Shown here piece by piece: positions 27,701-42,621 of a DNA stretch of 64,000 nucleotides. The notes beneath the pieces are model-generated. The model was not told the origin of the DNA and made no database searches. It was given only the letters and a program-made list of their open reading frames with translations. The stretch is taken from the NCBI GenBank assembly GCA_951406725.2, contig OX597822.1, forward strand, positions 104,904,001-104,968,000, written 5' to 3'. Every line of letters starts with the position of its first letter. Within the stretch, counting starts at the first letter, position 1. Made by a program: the position numbers and the translations under genes. This stretch comes from Octopus vulgaris. Taxonomy: Eukaryota.

Positions 27701-28280
27701 ACATATATGCCCATATATATATATATACTTTCATACACACACTTTCTTTTTTTTTCCTTTTTTTTACTTTTTTGTCAATGAACTGTTTCCATAGATGATC
27801 ACATCATTTAAGTGTTTTCCCCGATTACATCATCAGTATTTGTTCAGTTTTTGTTTTCTTTCTTAAATATAATACTGCAATCACCATTGATAGGCAGATT
27901 ATGTTGTCAGCTTTTAACTTAAAGGGCCGTAACTCGATATTAATGTACGTATACAATGGGCTCCCGTACCGATATTCACTTAATGGTGAATTGGTCAACA
28001 CAATACAGAACAAGAAAACATTTTCCCAATGTGGCATATTACAGGAACGAACCTAGAAACAGGCGGTTACAGAGCAAAATTCCTTAACTACACGTCTACG
28101 TATATACCTCCATATTCCCTCGTCATCCATAATTTTGTAAATATTTCAGAAGAATTTTCTGTGACTTTCGAGCGACATTGATAAAACATGTTATAATGCC
28201 TTTCTCTAACACAAGATAACTTTAAGAGAATTCAGGCGTTCTCTTTACTAAACACAGAACATATTGCTGTTGTCGCTATC

Positions 28281-28532
<252 letters not shown>

Positions 28533-28881
28533 TATTCCTTCTGTAAATCGTTTTGATGTCTTTGGAAATCACGTACTGAGAGAGATATGGACCAGTTTTA
28601 AAATTTGACGCCCTGTAAATTCGAGTAACCGAAAGATCAAGATAAAGAGTTGAAGAATCTGAACTGTCAGGGTTTTCATTTTCCTCCCATAAATTTCTCT
28701 CTGCTCACTACTTCCAAAAATGTTAAGCTCGTGCATACGCCTGCGTCATCAAATTGTCGAGAGAACACAGGAAATCTGCATCGGTTAAGACAAATGAATG
28801 CGTTTTGAAATTAAATACAATCCTTTGTTGTCTAATCCGTTACAACATTGCTTTTCCATATAAAGCCTTTAGATGGATACA

Positions 28882-29293
28882 TATTTCTTTACTGCCCACA
28901 AGGGGCTAAACACAGAGAGGACAAACAAGGACAGACAAACGGATTAATCCATTACATCGGCCCCAGTGAGAAACTGGTACTTATTTAATCGACCCCGAAA
29001 GAATGAAAGGCAAAGTCAACCTCAGCGGAATTTGAACTCAATGTAACGACAGACGAAATACCTATTTCTTTACTACCCACAAGGGGCTAAACACAGAGAG
29101 GACAAACAAGGACAGACAAACGGATTAAGTCGATTATATCGACCTCAGTGCGTAACTGGTACTTATTTAATCGACCCCGGAAGGATAAAAGGCAAAGTCG
29201 ACCTTGGCGGAATTGGAACTCAGAACGTAGCGACAGGCGAAATACCGCTAAGCATTTCGTCAGGCGTGCTAACGTTTCTGCCAGCTCGCCGCC
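28882..29293 (-). mobile_element. SINE family A, two tandem body units
   Basis: Junction agacgaaata|cctatttctt at about 29060. Confidence 0.88.
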
Positions 29294-29828
29294 CTCCTTT
29301 AGATGAATATAACTAACCATTCTTTCACATAGATATAGACCTTAGGCATTAATATTTGTTTCAACATTTGGTTTAAACCCAGCAGTTTTGAGATGTCCGG
29401 CCGGCAAGCAGATTTCACCGACTCCAGTGCCTCACTTGGCACTTTAATTTATCCACCCCGAAATGGGGAAAGCAAAGTTCTCCGCGGTTGGATTTCAGTT
29501 CAGAATGTAAAGAGCCGGCAGAAATGCCACTAAGTATTTTAGCCAATGCGTCAACTTATCTCGTTGCTCAGCATGTTTGACTTGCTGGGAGCCTTATGCT
29601 ACCTCGCCGTAAATATTAATAATCAGCCATAATCAATTTTTGTGCGCCAAAGGACCACCATTACCGAGAAAGTATCAATATTTCATGCGGTCTATTCCGG
29701 GATTGGCTTAGAAATAGCCCAACATCAAAAGTTGATGGTTTTATAATTCAACGAAAATGCAAAATGGGCAGGTTGTGTTATATCTATCTCTCTGTCTATC
29801 TGCTCTCTATCTCTCTCTCGCTCTCCCC

Positions 29829-29866
<38 letters not shown>

Positions 29867-29979
29867 ATATATATATATATATATATTAAAATACTGAGGG
29901 TAGAAATTAATATCAATCAACATCAATTTAAACCAGTGGTCTAGCATATTCAAAAAATTCCGAAGATTTAAAAATTATA

Positions 29980-30206
29980 TTACAATTAATAAGAGGAATG
30001 ACCACTAAAGTGGATTCCTACAAGCTAGAAATAGACGTCAAATCGCCTTATCACAAGGAGTGTGTTCTCAAGAAAAATATAACAGCATTTTGGCGTTTTC
30101 TGTTTTTTTCCCTCTTGGGAACACACTCTTTGTGGTAAGGCGATTTGACATCTATTTCTAGTGTGTAGGAATCCCCTTTAGTGGTAATTTTTCTTATTAA
30201 TTGTAA
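29980..30206. repeat. Imperfect inverted repeat (~94 bp arms, ~39 bp spacer) inside a (TA)n-flanked island
   Basis: Arms 29980-30073 and 30113-30206, roughly 85-90% complementary by eye. Confidence 0.9.
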
Positions 30207-30207
30207 C

Positions 30208-30260
<53 letters not shown>

Positions 30261-30833
30261 GCCGGACCGATCAAAGTCTTTTGAGTGGATTTGGTAGATG
30301 GGAACCCGTCCTTTATGTGAGTGTGTGTTTGTGTGTGTAAGTATATGAGATAAGAGTTCAGGATTCTAATGAATCAGGTCCTTAAATCGTAAAGCCCCAA
30401 GGTCGGGTCAGTGAAATCGTTATCGTGCACAGAACAAAATGAGAAGAACATACACGTACATACCGAAGTAAAGACGTGTTTATATTCCAGTAGCCTGCAC
30501 GATCACAATCACTCGACTGAGTATACCACGGGTCTCATGGCTGCTCTTAAATACAAACACTGCCCTGGAAGGAATGATGCTATTCATTTTTATCCAATGT
30601 GCTAACGATTGTGTCAGTTTGCAATTTTAAGAAAAAATTAATAAATGTCATTCTAATGCCAATTTCGTTTGAGTCAATAAACGAAATTCGTTTTTTAAGT
30701 CAATATCTCGTTCGTATCTCGTCGCGATCCCCTTTAAAACTTTTTTCTGGGTGCTGCAGAAACAGCGTAATAACCTGTTTAAGAAATTTTGCTCGGAAGA
30801 AAATATCAACCGATAATTCGATCAATGTATTGA

Positions 30834-31466
30834 CAGTAACCCCTCGACTATCGCGGAAGTTACTTTCCAACTCCAACCCCCGCGATAGGTGAAAATCCGT
30901 GAAGTAAAAACAGTGCTGTACTCTATTTTCTTTTATTATTGACTAGCAGTATCGCCCGGCGTTGCTCGGGTTTGTAAGGGAAATAACTATACAGCATTTT
31001 TAGAGAGTTATAGCCAAAAAATAGCAAAAAAATGCATTAAAAATGGAAAAAATATGATGGTAAATTTTTTTTTAAATCATTGACTCATCGTAGACATTTT
31101 TAGAGAGTTGCTTCCCTTTAAAAAAATATGCATGAAAATGGAAAAAAGTGATGGTAAATTATTTTTAAAATCGTAGACTCATCGTAGACGCGCGCTAATA
31201 CCCAGAAGGGCTCGATATGAATCACGACTATAAGATACCCGGTTTTGGTTAAACTGCACGGCAAAATGTGGGAGTAGTTAGGAATCTAAATCGAAGGGGA
31301 CAGACACTCACACAACTACAGTTTTATATATATAGATATAATTTGTATATATCTAATTTATTATAAAGGCAAAGCAACACCACGGAGGAATCGACGTAAG
31401 CTTAAATAATAAACTGCAATAGGTGAACCGCGATAGATGAATCCGTGATACAGCGACGGATTACTG
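30834..31466. mobile_element. Tigger/pogo-like MITE interrupted by a Helitron
   Basis: Imperfect TIRs cagtaacccctcgactatcgcgg / ccgtgatacagcgacggattactg, followed by TA. Confidence 0.6.
30943..31336 (-). mobile_element. Helitron H1 with internal tandem duplication
   Basis: TC...CTAG ends, hairpin, A|T site. Confidence 0.9.
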
Positions 31467-31852
31467 TATTCCGAAGGTATAAAAATAATGAAAAACATGT
31501 TGGAAAAGCAGTTATGCTAATAGGAAATTTGCTTCATAAACATGAAGTTCGGTCACATTGTGTAGCAGAGTGGGACTGTGTTTTCTACTTCCTCCTTCAG
31601 TTGACCAATACATCAAACATAAGTGATATTTGAAACACAAAATCTGTTTCGAAGCTTGCCTAATTATTGATAACTATACGATGATTCAAATCAGATAGGT
31701 GACATAATAGTAGCTATCAATGCTTTAGACGTTCCGTTAGAACGCTGCATTTCATTAACCCGAGTCTACTGACATCTAGTGATGTTGTAGTTGATTTAAT
31801 AGATCTTACTACTGAAGTTCAGTAAAAGGCTTCTTATACATATATGTACACG

Positions 31853-32083
31853 TATTTCTTTACTACCCACAAGGGGCTAAACACAGAGAGGACAAATAAG
31901 GACAGAGAAACGGATTAAGTCAATTATATCGACCCCATTGCGTAACTGGTACTTATTTAATCGACCCCGAAATGATGAAAGGCAAAGTCGACCTCGGCGG
32001 ATTTTGAACTCAGAACGTAGCGGCAGACAAAATATCGCTACGTATTTCGCCCGACGTGCTAACGTTTCTGTCAGCTCGCCGCC
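31853..32083 (-). mobile_element. SINE family A
   Basis: Similarity to the other copies. Confidence 0.85.
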
Positions 32084-33417
32084 TTTCTTATACATATATA
32101 TATACCTAGTGACGTTATTGTTGTGCAACTCCAGGCCTATCCTGACCGAGCGATTTGTCGATTTCTTTTTATTTCAGACATAGTGAATCTGTGATGACAT
32201 TACCATCTTATGTGTACTCTTTTCTTAAAACGGAGTGGTAGTATTTGTATGAGATACAGTTGCTATTTCTAGTAGTGAACCGAGCCTACTGTAAGCCTTT
32301 CCATTGGTTTAATTTATCGGTAGTGAGAGCAAAAGAAGTGCATGATCAAATGATTTATTATTTGATCATATCTTTAGGGAATTTTGATCGCTGCGAATGA
32401 TCAAAGTACGATTCACGAAAAAACTATGAAAATATAAAGTTTATTTGCATATCGAAATGTACCTGAAGAATATGTAGAAATTCTGAAGAAGCAATTAATT
32501 GCATTATTTCTTGTTGCCATTTAACAGAATATATAAACATTTATAGAATTCGGTATTCTTTTTTTCTTTCTTAAACGGAAATCACTGACATCGGTATGAA
32601 ATTGCGAACGAAAAAGGGTTTGTGCGTATATACATCAGGAAATATAATACCATAACATTTAAGAAACAACTATATCCCGAGAGAATTTACTCTTACAGAT
32701 TATTTAAATTGACATGGATCACTTATTGCTTAGCGTGATATCTCCTAAGTGATATTTCTCTACCAGCAGCTGCTAAAATATAAACTTAAAAAGAAACTAA
32801 AGAAATTAATCAAAATACATAAAACATTGGGGGAGAGTAAAATGTAAAAATCTATGTATTTTGAAATAGAAATTATCTCTGTAATTATGGGTTTTGTAAA
32901 AGAACTATAAAAAAGAGGGACACAAAATATACTATCAAGAGGGATTTTCATGTTCTCGTTTTGTTTCCCGTCTATTAACCATTATAGAAAGATATCAATT
33001 TCGCATTAAAAAGAAAAAAATGAATGAAAGTTTCCAAATTCATCCTTCCTTCCGTTTTATGTTGCCATAAAAGCAGAAAAGGGGGATGGCGAGAAGGGGT
33101 TAATTTTTTCGGAATTTTATCGATCTTTTCAAACATTTCTAAACGTTTGAATTTCTGATAAAACATACATTTCTCCTCAGCGTACCACTCATTTTATATT
33201 ACTCTCAAATGTGTTTTCTTTAGTAAAAGCTATGCACCAAGCAAGCTGAGATGCGCCATAGTTGCATTTCCCCCGTGAAAGTAACTTTTACCTTTGTTTC
33301 CAAATCCTATGGAAAAGTTAAATCTGTCGCATCTACTTTCCGCCATTCCTTGAAGTATAGCTCTTTCTGCTTAGAACTTTCAGCCATCCCTCTGCTTTAT
33401 TTCGTTGAGACCATAAC

Positions 33418-33833
33418 CTATTTCTTTATTACCCACAAGGGGCTAAACACAGAGAGGACAAACAAGGATAGACATAGGTATTAAGTCGATTACATCGACC
33501 CCCAGTGCGTAACTGGTGCGTAATTTATCGACCCCGAAAGAATGAAAGGCAAAGTCGACCTCGGCGGAATTTGAACTCACAACGTAACGCAGACGAAATA
33601 CCTATTTCTTTATTACCCACAAGGGGCTAAACATAGAGGGGACAAACAAGGAGAGACATAGGTATTAAGTCGATTACATCGACCCCAGTGCGTAACTGGT
33701 GCTTAATTTATCGACCCCGAAAGGATGAAAGGCAAAGTCGACCTCGGCGGAATTTGAACTCACAACGTAACGGCAGACGAAATACTGCTAAGCATTTCGC
33801 CCGGCGTGCTAACGTTTCTGCCAGCTCGCCGCC
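33418..33833 (-). mobile_element. SINE family A, two tandem body units
   Basis: Junction agacgaaata|cctatttctt at about 33600. Confidence 0.88.
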
Positions 33834-34465
33834 TTTAAGAGACCATAACCATGTGGATATACACACGAAATAACATCCCTGCCATGAGCTCTGATAGCAC
33901 AGAACAGTAGTCACAATAATGTGATTAATGCTGATTCCAAGTTTTAGTACAAGGCCAGCAATTTCGGGGAAGCGTCAATTACATCGACCATAGTACTCAA
34001 CTGGTACTTATTTTATCGTCCCCGATGGCTTTCTGTCCTCCGTATCAGCTAACTTTTCCTCAACCGCAATTTTAATCTCTATGCTCTCCAACACTTAACT
34101 TTTCACCAACATACCAAGCTATTCCCGAATAAAAGAGACATTAAGAATTGTCAAATTTTGCCGGAACACTCTGTAAATGCCCAATATTTCAAGCTGAATG
34201 CTTAGCGCATGATGGGAATTAAACATGCTTTATGTTAAGAGAATGAAGAAACGGTTTATCTATTCATGAAGATGTATGAATATAAGTTGCATAACGTTTA
34301 AAATAAGTGCATCCTGGTAGCAAATATTTCAAGCAATATTATTACGGGTATTAAACAAAATGTTTATGTAAAGAGAACAAATAAGTAGGATATATAATCA
34401 TGATACGAGATGATCGAATTATTAGTTTCATTTTGAATGCCAGCTTACTTATACAATTTTTTATA

Positions 34466-34830
34466 CTCTTTTACTTGTTTCAGTCATCTTACTGCGGCCA
34501 TGCCGGAGCACCGACTTTAGTGGAGCAAATCGACCCCCAGGACTTATTCTATCGGTCTCTTTTGCCGAACCGCTAAGTTACGGGGACGTAATCACACCGG
34601 CATCGGTTGTCAAGCGATGTTAGGGGGACAAACACAGACACACAAACATACACACACACACATATATATATATACATATATACGACCGGCTTCTTTCAGT
34701 TTCCATCTACCAAATCCACTCACAAGGCTTTGGTCGGCTCGAGCCTATAGTAGAAGACACTTGCTCAAGGTGCCACGCAGTGGGACTGAACCCAAAACCG
34801 TGTGGTTGGAAAGCAAGCTACTTACCACAC
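34466..34830 (-). mobile_element. SINE family C (head-truncated, internal deletion)
   Basis: Similarity to the other copies. Confidence 0.8.
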
Positions 34831-37048
34831 TTACGCGTATGTTAGTAATTGTTGAAGTTTTCCTCCAGTATGTCAACTCATTAACCAGGACATTCTTTTA
34901 TAAAGTAGTCGCGAAAAATACGTAAACTATGAAGATACGGTAACATGCAAAAGACTTATATTTAGGCTTATGTTCATTAAATTTCATTAAAATTCTTGCT
35001 TAAGCTATTCTCCTTGGATTATAGCCTTTTAACTCGCCTTGTCTCAGTCTCAGACGCTAAATGGTGTCGTAGGAGTACTGTGGTGACATACGGCATTTCT
35101 TGAGTATTTAGATCGATGGGCCACATCCCACTCCTAATGTGACAATTTTAGGGAAAGAGAAAGACAAGAATCACCCCAAGTACATAGTTAGGACTTTATT
35201 TATCGACCCCGCGAGGATAAAAGGTAAGGTTGATTTCAGTGAGATTTGAACTCGGAGCTTATTGAGCGGATATTTTAATGACCTTACTAGTTGACCACTT
35301 ACAGCATAACATTACTCTAGCTCATGTATGGGAGATTTTTACCGAAGTTCAATAACGCACACACGCACACACGCACACGCACACACGCACACGCACACAC
35401 GCACACGCACACACGCACACGCACACTCACGAAACGTGTATGATATATCAGATCACGCAATGATCTTTACATTGTGACATACAAGCGATCCAGTGAAAAA
35501 TTTACTGGTACACGGTAACTCTTCGTAAAGAATTATTATTAAATATTTTTCAATGTGCGCTATCCAAGGAATGGATATTCTAAAAGCTTAAATTGTTTTT
35601 AAAATATCAGCACACCTGCGGTACATTGTTTGAAGCCGCCTGCACAGGTACAGCATCATCACTGATCGTCCATAAACTCTTATTTTCGAGCAGGGATATC
35701 AAATCAAAATGGCCACCAGAAACTGCGCAGCTCTGTCTCACACCACGTTACAGAGTACACTATAAATATATTTGTATAATAGTTTGTATAGTTTACACTA
35801 ATTTATAGTAGTGTAAACTAATATATTTTACACTAAATATATTTTAATATATTTAGTGTAAACTAATTTATATTAGTGTAAACTAATATATTTAGTTATA
35901 TTAGTGTAAACTAAATATATAGAAATTCAATATTTGTTTAATTTAGAAGCGACCTCCGTTGGTTTGGATAAATCAGAAATCAAGGACATTGGAACCAAAG
36001 GTTCTGGAAAATCAATGTTGTACCTGTATAAGATATTCATGATATGAATATTGGTGTCAAAATGATTAACACTTTTGTTATCAACACTCCGGAAACCAGT
36101 CCTGGTTCTATGATACGAACTTCCCGATTTAAAGACATCTTAATAGTTTCTGTGAAAATTCTTTACTAATTTATGTTCCAAACACCAGCAGAAATAACAA
36201 CAAAGGTATTTAAATAAATTATTGTTTTCAAAATTTATTGAAACAAAAACTGCGTATGTCAAGAGAAATACGATGCAAAACGGCAAAAGCTATCTAAAAC
36301 GGTCATTGATGGAAAATAAAATGAAATAGTGGCAACTGCTTCGGTTGGAGAAACTGATATGCACATAAATAATTTGAAATGTTTACACTGTATTCAAATG
36401 CATAGCTTGTAATACACACACAAAAAGCATAGGCAAAATGCGAGGTCGTATTGACTTCAGAAATTACACGCCTAGAAAGAATAAATTCTTTAAAACTCAG
36501 CTGATATCAAGATTGAACGAAGCATTTCATTCTCTATTTCTATCTAGCGCCGGAAGATAGAAAGTAGTAGAATTTTATCGATTTGGTGTTATCAATGATC
36601 GATCAGTTTGCTTTTCTCGTTTTTTTCTTTTTGTCACCATTTTGCTGATAAAGATAAATCCAGAAAGAATTGTCCAGGAATATATTTTTCTCTGCACAAA
36701 ACTTTATGTAGATGCATAAAAACACAGCAAAAGTTAAAATAAAAAATACAAGATAACAAATAAAAAAATATAAACAGACAAAAAAAAATATTTAGCATTT
36801 CTGATAAAACAATAATACTATGACGAGGAAAACGTGGCTATCATATCTATCTTTATCTATATTATATGAAGCGCGTGTTTTTTTTTTCCTGTCATTTTGA
36901 CGAAGACAGAATATTTCCAAACATACATATGTGTAACAATATTATCATCTCTCTAGTTGCCTCTCCATAACGAAATAGATCACACACACAAAGACCCAGA
37001 AAGCAGTGAGCTCCGAAAATGAAGTTAGTTCAGACATCTGTGTTTTAG

Positions 37049-37273
37049 CGGGCTGGCAGAACCGTTAGCACGCCGGGCGAAATGCTTAGCGGTATTTCGT
37101 CTGCCGTTACGTTCTGAGTTCAAATCCGCCGAGGTCGACTTTACCTTTCATCCTTTCGAGGTCGATAAATTAAGTACCAGTTACGCACTGGGGTCGATGT
37201 AATCGACTTGATACCTATGTCTGTCCTTGTTTGTCCCCTCTGTTTAGCCCCTTGTGGTGAATAAAGAAATAGG
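37049..37273 (+). mobile_element. SINE family A
   Basis: Similarity to the other copies. Confidence 0.85.
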
Positions 37274-37524
37274 TAGTAAATAATACCGTAATACGATGGT
37301 CATATTACTCTTTAAGGTATTTATTCCATTACGTTATGTTCCACCTTTAAATCCCTTCCTTGGTTAAGTTTGCCTTTCATCCCTTTTATGTTTGATGAAA
37401 TATAGGAAGCGGTCAAATACTGGAGTTAGTGCAGTCGACTAACACCCTCTCTGGCAACTCGTTGGTCACATGTCTAAATTACAAACCATAATACAAGAAC
37501 CACAACACCAATATTACTACTACA

Positions 37525-37582
<58 letters not shown>

Positions 37583-37730
37583 TGCACTACTAGGCACTGC
37601 ACACATCCTACGCAGAACACTTTCCATACAATAACCATCAGAGCATCACAATAAATCACAGCACATACCCAAGGCACACAGAGCTGCGCTCGGTAGTGAA
37701 GTGAAAGCACGCTATAAAAAAATAAAACTA

Positions 37731-37734
<4 letters not shown>
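37583..37734 (+). mobile_element. 3' end of an R4/Dong LINE inserted in (AAT)n
   Basis: ALLGTAHILRRTLSIQ* plus 3'UTR; (AAT)n on both sides. Confidence 0.88.
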
Positions 37735-37808
<74 letters not shown>

Positions 37809-37864
37809 AAGAAGAATGATTACTTAGTTGTAGCATGAAGAAATGGGAAGTAGATCTCAGGCGA

Positions 37865-39296
37865 CACACTGTTTCCAGTACATCTAATTCTGGGATTTGT
37901 TGTATTTGGAATTCACTTAGATATTCCTTCGCCTGTTTTATTACTGAGTATGATGTTTTCTTATTTTCTTGCTTTAAGTCAAGTTTTAACATCCACTCAT
38001 TAGAGTTTTCCATGAGTTTTCCATAGGCGCAGGAGTGGCTGTGTGGTAAGTAGCTTGCTAACCAACCACATGTTTCCGGGTTCAGTCCCACTGCGTGGCA
38101 TCTTGGGCAAGTGTCTTCTGCTATAGCCCCGGGCCGACCAATGCCTTGTGAGTGGATTTGGTAGACGGAAACTGAAAGAAGCCTGTCGTATATATGTATA
38201 CATATATATATGTGTGTGTGTGTTTGTTCCCCTAGCATTGCTTGACAACCGATGCTGGTGTGTTTACGTCCCCATCACTTAGCGGTTCGGCAAAAAGAGA
38301 CCGATAGAATAAGTACTGGGCTTACAAAAAGAATAAGTCCCGGGGTCGATTTGCTCGACTAAAGGCGGTGCTCCAGCATGGCCGCAGTCAAATGACTGAA
38401 ACAAGTAAAAGAGTAAAAAGTAAAGAGGTGTTTAAGCCAATTGTGGCAATCTTCATTGTTAATTCCAGTTGTAAAATTCCGCGTTCACCCTCTTTTCTTG
38501 ACAGGTAAAGTAATTCTATATCTGCCTTAACGTGGTGCATTCTATTCAATGTCAACAATTTTCGTATTTTTCTGTCAATATTACGTATTTCAGTAACAGA
38601 CCTGTTAATGATATTGAAACTGTAAATCACGACCTGTTGGGCTAAAGTATTTATCGCTTCGATCCTGTTTCCTGCATTCGGCTCTGTCTTGAGTATTGAC
38701 CTTACCCTTCGATAACATTCTCTTCTTATCCTTTCCCTCATCATTGAATGCTTGATTCCATCACCTTGAAATACCCCAAGGTATTTATAGCTCTCCGCTG
38801 GTTCTAACTCCTTTATGACATTCTGCTGGTCAAGATTAACGTTGGATGTTTCTGCCAGTTTTCCTTTGCACTTTTATCGAGGCCAAACTGCATCCTGATG
38901 TCATCACTGAATTGTTTAACAATTACTAGTAAGCCCTGTAGTTGTTCGTCATTTTTTGCAAAGAACTTTAAATCCTTCATGTTAAAGAGATGATTTATAT
39001 TTTTATCAAACATTTCACAGCCATATTATATTCATCGAGTAATTTCGAGAGAAGCTAGACAAAAACGGAGTGGTGATAGTCACCTTGGAAAATGACACAT
39101 GAAATTCTTACATCTCCAGCATTAAGAAATTCATTGTCACTGTTCAAAGTCAGTGTGTTTCTCCATAATCTCATACTTACAGACAAGAAGTTTCGCAGAA
39201 TAGGTGCTATTTTATATATTTCCAGACATTTCTTAATTCAACTATGTAGTAGACTATCAAAAACTTTTTTATAGTTTATCCAGGCTACCGATAATT
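37865..39296 (-). pseudogene. Decayed R4/Dong-clade LINE reverse transcriptase, interrupted by a SINE
   Basis: AWINYKKVFDS..HS.I; INHLFNMKDLKFFAKN...FSDDIRMQFGLDK (decayed YMDD); YKYLGV; LYLSRKEGERG. Confidence 0.88.
38025..38422 (+). mobile_element. SINE family C inserted in the Dong RT
   Basis: Full-length copy. Confidence 0.9.
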
Positions 39297-39300
39297 TCTT

Positions 39301-39622
39301 TTTATTACCTCAGCTTTAGCGAAGGCAGAGGTATTGTTTTCAGTCGTGTTTGTTTGTCCATGGACAAGAAATCGCAAAAAGTGCTGGATGGATTTGGATG
39401 AAACTTTCAGGGAAGTTTAGCCTCCTGACTGGCACGAATTTGATTTTGGATCAATCCAGTATCATACAAGGATTCTGGATTATTTTTCCGTTTTCTTTTT
39501 TCACTTAATGTTTTAGATCGTTCTGGTTCATTTCAGATATTCTCATTTTCAAAATCATCTCCGATTAATCGTTGAGAGAACGTTGGTGTTACCTTGGTGG
39601 AGGTTTGCGCTCTCTGAGTACC

Positions 39623-39627
<5 letters not shown>
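39301..39627 (+). mobile_element. HINE/DINE-1-like non-autonomous Helentron
   Basis: ttattacctc...gaggtattgttttc at the 5' end; 3' ggtggaggtttgcgctctctgagtac (subterminal IR plus palindrome); T-rich flanks. Confidence 0.55.
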
Positions 39628-39703
<76 letters not shown>

Positions 39704-39706
<3 letters not shown>

Positions 39707-40109
39707 TAGTTTTATTTTTATAGCGTGCTTTCACTTCACTACCGAGCGCAGCTCTGTGTGCCTTGGGTATGTGCTGTGATTTGTTGTGATGCTCTGATGG
39801 TTATTGTATGGAAAGTGTTCTGCGTAGGATGCGTGCAGTGCCTAGTAGTGCAATTTTCTGTATGTTGTATGTGTTTGTAAGTCCTGGTGTTTTTGTTATG
39901 TATTTATCTGAATATTTTTTTATCATGCCTAATGCACCTACTATGATAGGAATTGTTTCTGTTTTTAGATTCCACATTCTGGTTACCTCTATTTCCAGGT
40001 CTTTGTATTTTGAAAGTTTCTCCATTTCTTTTAGAGACACGTTGTCATCTGCCGGTATTGATACATCAATTAGAAAGCATTTTTTTTTCTTCGTGATCTT
40101 CGTGATCTC
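39704..40109 (-). mobile_element. 5'-truncated R4/Dong LINE 3' end (RLE endonuclease C-terminus) in (TTA)n
   Basis: KKCFLIDVSIPADDNVSLKEMEKLSKYKDLEIE...IPIIVGALG...QKIALLGTARILRRTLSIQ*; (TTA)n on both sides. Confidence 0.92.
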
Positions 40110-40165
<56 letters not shown>

Positions 40166-41334
40166 GAGTGAGTGAGAGCAGCACATAGCATCAAAGTGGT
40201 ACTGGGGTACAAATATGCAAAGGCCAATATACCCATCATGACTACCCATCTAAGAAGGGTACACAAGAGGTGTATTTATAAGTTAAATTGTCTAGCAAGA
40301 TAAATTTGAAACTGATGATTTAAATACGATGAGATGGGAAAGGAAAAATTTCAAGAGGTAGCAAAGTTTGTCACATCAATGTTTTAAGCTGTTTAACTGT
40401 CTGTTTCTCTCTCGCTTTGTCTGCTCTTGTTTGAACACTTTTAATTGTATCTTAGTATATTAAATACTTGCTTCGTTATATATAACAATTATTAATTGTG
40501 AATCAGTTGATAATTAATTTATAAACTCAGATACAACTATAAAACTACTTAAACAATAGTAAATGAATTAATTATTTCGCTATCAGAATAAAATGAATTC
40601 TAAGATCTTATGAATATAGATAAGTATGTAAATCGATACTTGACACAGCAGGGCTTTGTTTCCTTTCGCGCTTTGTAGTGTGAAAGTGAGAGTTGATCTG
40701 TTCCATTGGATCTCACACTTTAGACTTGGAGATCTGATCACAATGGCTCAACAGGCTAAGACGCCTGTAGTGACCATTAAGCTGCATGTGTAGCCTTTTC
40801 TTAGGCGCCTTTTCTTGGGTAGCCTTTCCTTAGGCGCTAGAGGGCTCTACCTACTCTGGAGTTGCCGAAGGGTATCAAAGAGGGCACCAAACTTCCTGAG
40901 GGGCTCTGCACTTGGAGTCAAGGCTGACTGCACTTTTTCCCTTCCCGAGGCACTCACAGCACAGTGAGGGATTGGGCTTAGAAATTTTTCCATTTCATGT
41001 TAATTAAACCATACATGGGATGGCTGGACACTGAGAGATGCTACTAATAAGGATCGGAGTAGACTTGGTCAAAACAGTAGCTAAGAGTAACAATGTTTCA
41101 ACGTTCCTCAAAACCCACGAGTTCCCGAACCGGAGACCCACCACTGGTTGCAGTTTAAAGTCAAACCCTAGAACACATGTTTGCATTTGTATGTGTGAAT
41201 ATGCAAATACTAAGCGGAAGTGTAATCAAAGTGTAATTAAAGAGTCAGTTGTGTCAAACTTATAGATCTCAAATTTTGACTCAAGGCCAGAAATTTTGTG
41301 GGATGGGGTAATTTTGTGGGTGAGCAACTGATAC

Positions 41335-41897
41335 ATTTTTATCGACTCGGAAAGGATGAAAGGCTACGTTGACCTCGGTGGTATATGAACCCAGAACATA
41401 AAGCTGGACGAAATACTGCTAAGCATGATGCCCAGCGTGTTAAAGATTCTTATTTCTTTATTGCCCACAAGGTGCTGCACACAGAGGGGACAAATAAGGA
41501 CAAACAAAAGGATTAAGTCGATTATATCGACCCCTTTGCGTAACTGGTACTTATTTAATCGACCCCGAAAGGATGGAAGGCAAACACAACATCGGCGGAA
41601 TTTGAACTCAGAACGCAGTGACAGACGAAATCCTGCTAAGCATTTCGCCCCGCGATCTAACGCTTCCTATTTCTTTATTGCCCACAAGGGGCTAAACATA
41701 CAGGGGACAAACAAGGACAGACAAAGGGATTAAGTCGATTATATCGACCCCAGTGCGTAACTGGTACTTATTTAATCGACCCCGAAAGGATGAAAGGCAA
41801 AGACAACCTCGGCGGAATTTGAACTCAAATCGTAGCGGCAGACGAAACACTGCTAAGCATTTCGGCCGACGTGCTAACGTTCTGCCAGCTCGCCGCC
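41335..41897 (-). mobile_element. Cluster of three SINE family A copies of differing divergence
   Basis: Copies at about 41335-41445, 41450-41665 and 41666-41897. Confidence 0.82.
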
Positions 41898-42316
41898 TTA
41901 GTTGTGTCACGCATATAAGCTTCTACGATATGGTAATTTTTACGATTATGATTATATAAATAATTAAATTAAGTACGCTTCTTATATATTTGCATTCAAT
42001 TATTCTTGTATTATTGAATTACGGCCATGCTGGTATACGATGTTCAGTGATGTAGACAAGAGTATGAACCGCAGTAATTGCTGTAAACTTTAGTACTAAT
42101 CTTATGAATATGCATTTCGTGAACTATTACATTATGACGCATTATCACCAATGCGTTTACAAGGCATAAATATACACTCAGACACACTCTCCTTAATGCA
42201 TAAACGAACACGCATCTCCAATTTTTTATGCGTGTTTATCTATCTATCTAGCTATCTATCCATCTATATAATAATCTAATCACAAGGGCGTACATCCATT
42301 TGTACACACACAATAT

Positions 42317-42383
<67 letters not shown>

Positions 42384-42424
42384 TAAATAAATGGAGTTTA
42401 ACGCAGGTGTAATCAAATATTTTT

Positions 42425-42510
42425 ACTTTCGACACATGTTTCGAAAATTCCACTGATACTATTCAAAAGAATAAATGGTATAAACAATGCAATCTTCTCC
42501 TCAGGAAAGT
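42425..42510 (-). ncRNA. Minimal type-I hammerhead ribozyme in the (TA)n-flanked island 42381-42557
   Basis: Minus strand actttc-CTGAGGA-gaagattgca...tggaattttc-GAAA-catgtg-TC-gaaagt; canonical GUC site. Confidence 0.85.
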
Positions 42511-42549
42511 GAAAAAAACGAAACTCGTTAACAAGGTAAAAATACACTC

Positions 42550-42614
<65 letters not shown>

Positions 42615-42621
42615 TTATATA

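Noticed and set aside
37474-38238. 254 aa ORF
   Set aside because: Chance read-through of a SINE, a Dong fragment and (AAT)n/(GAA)n repeats
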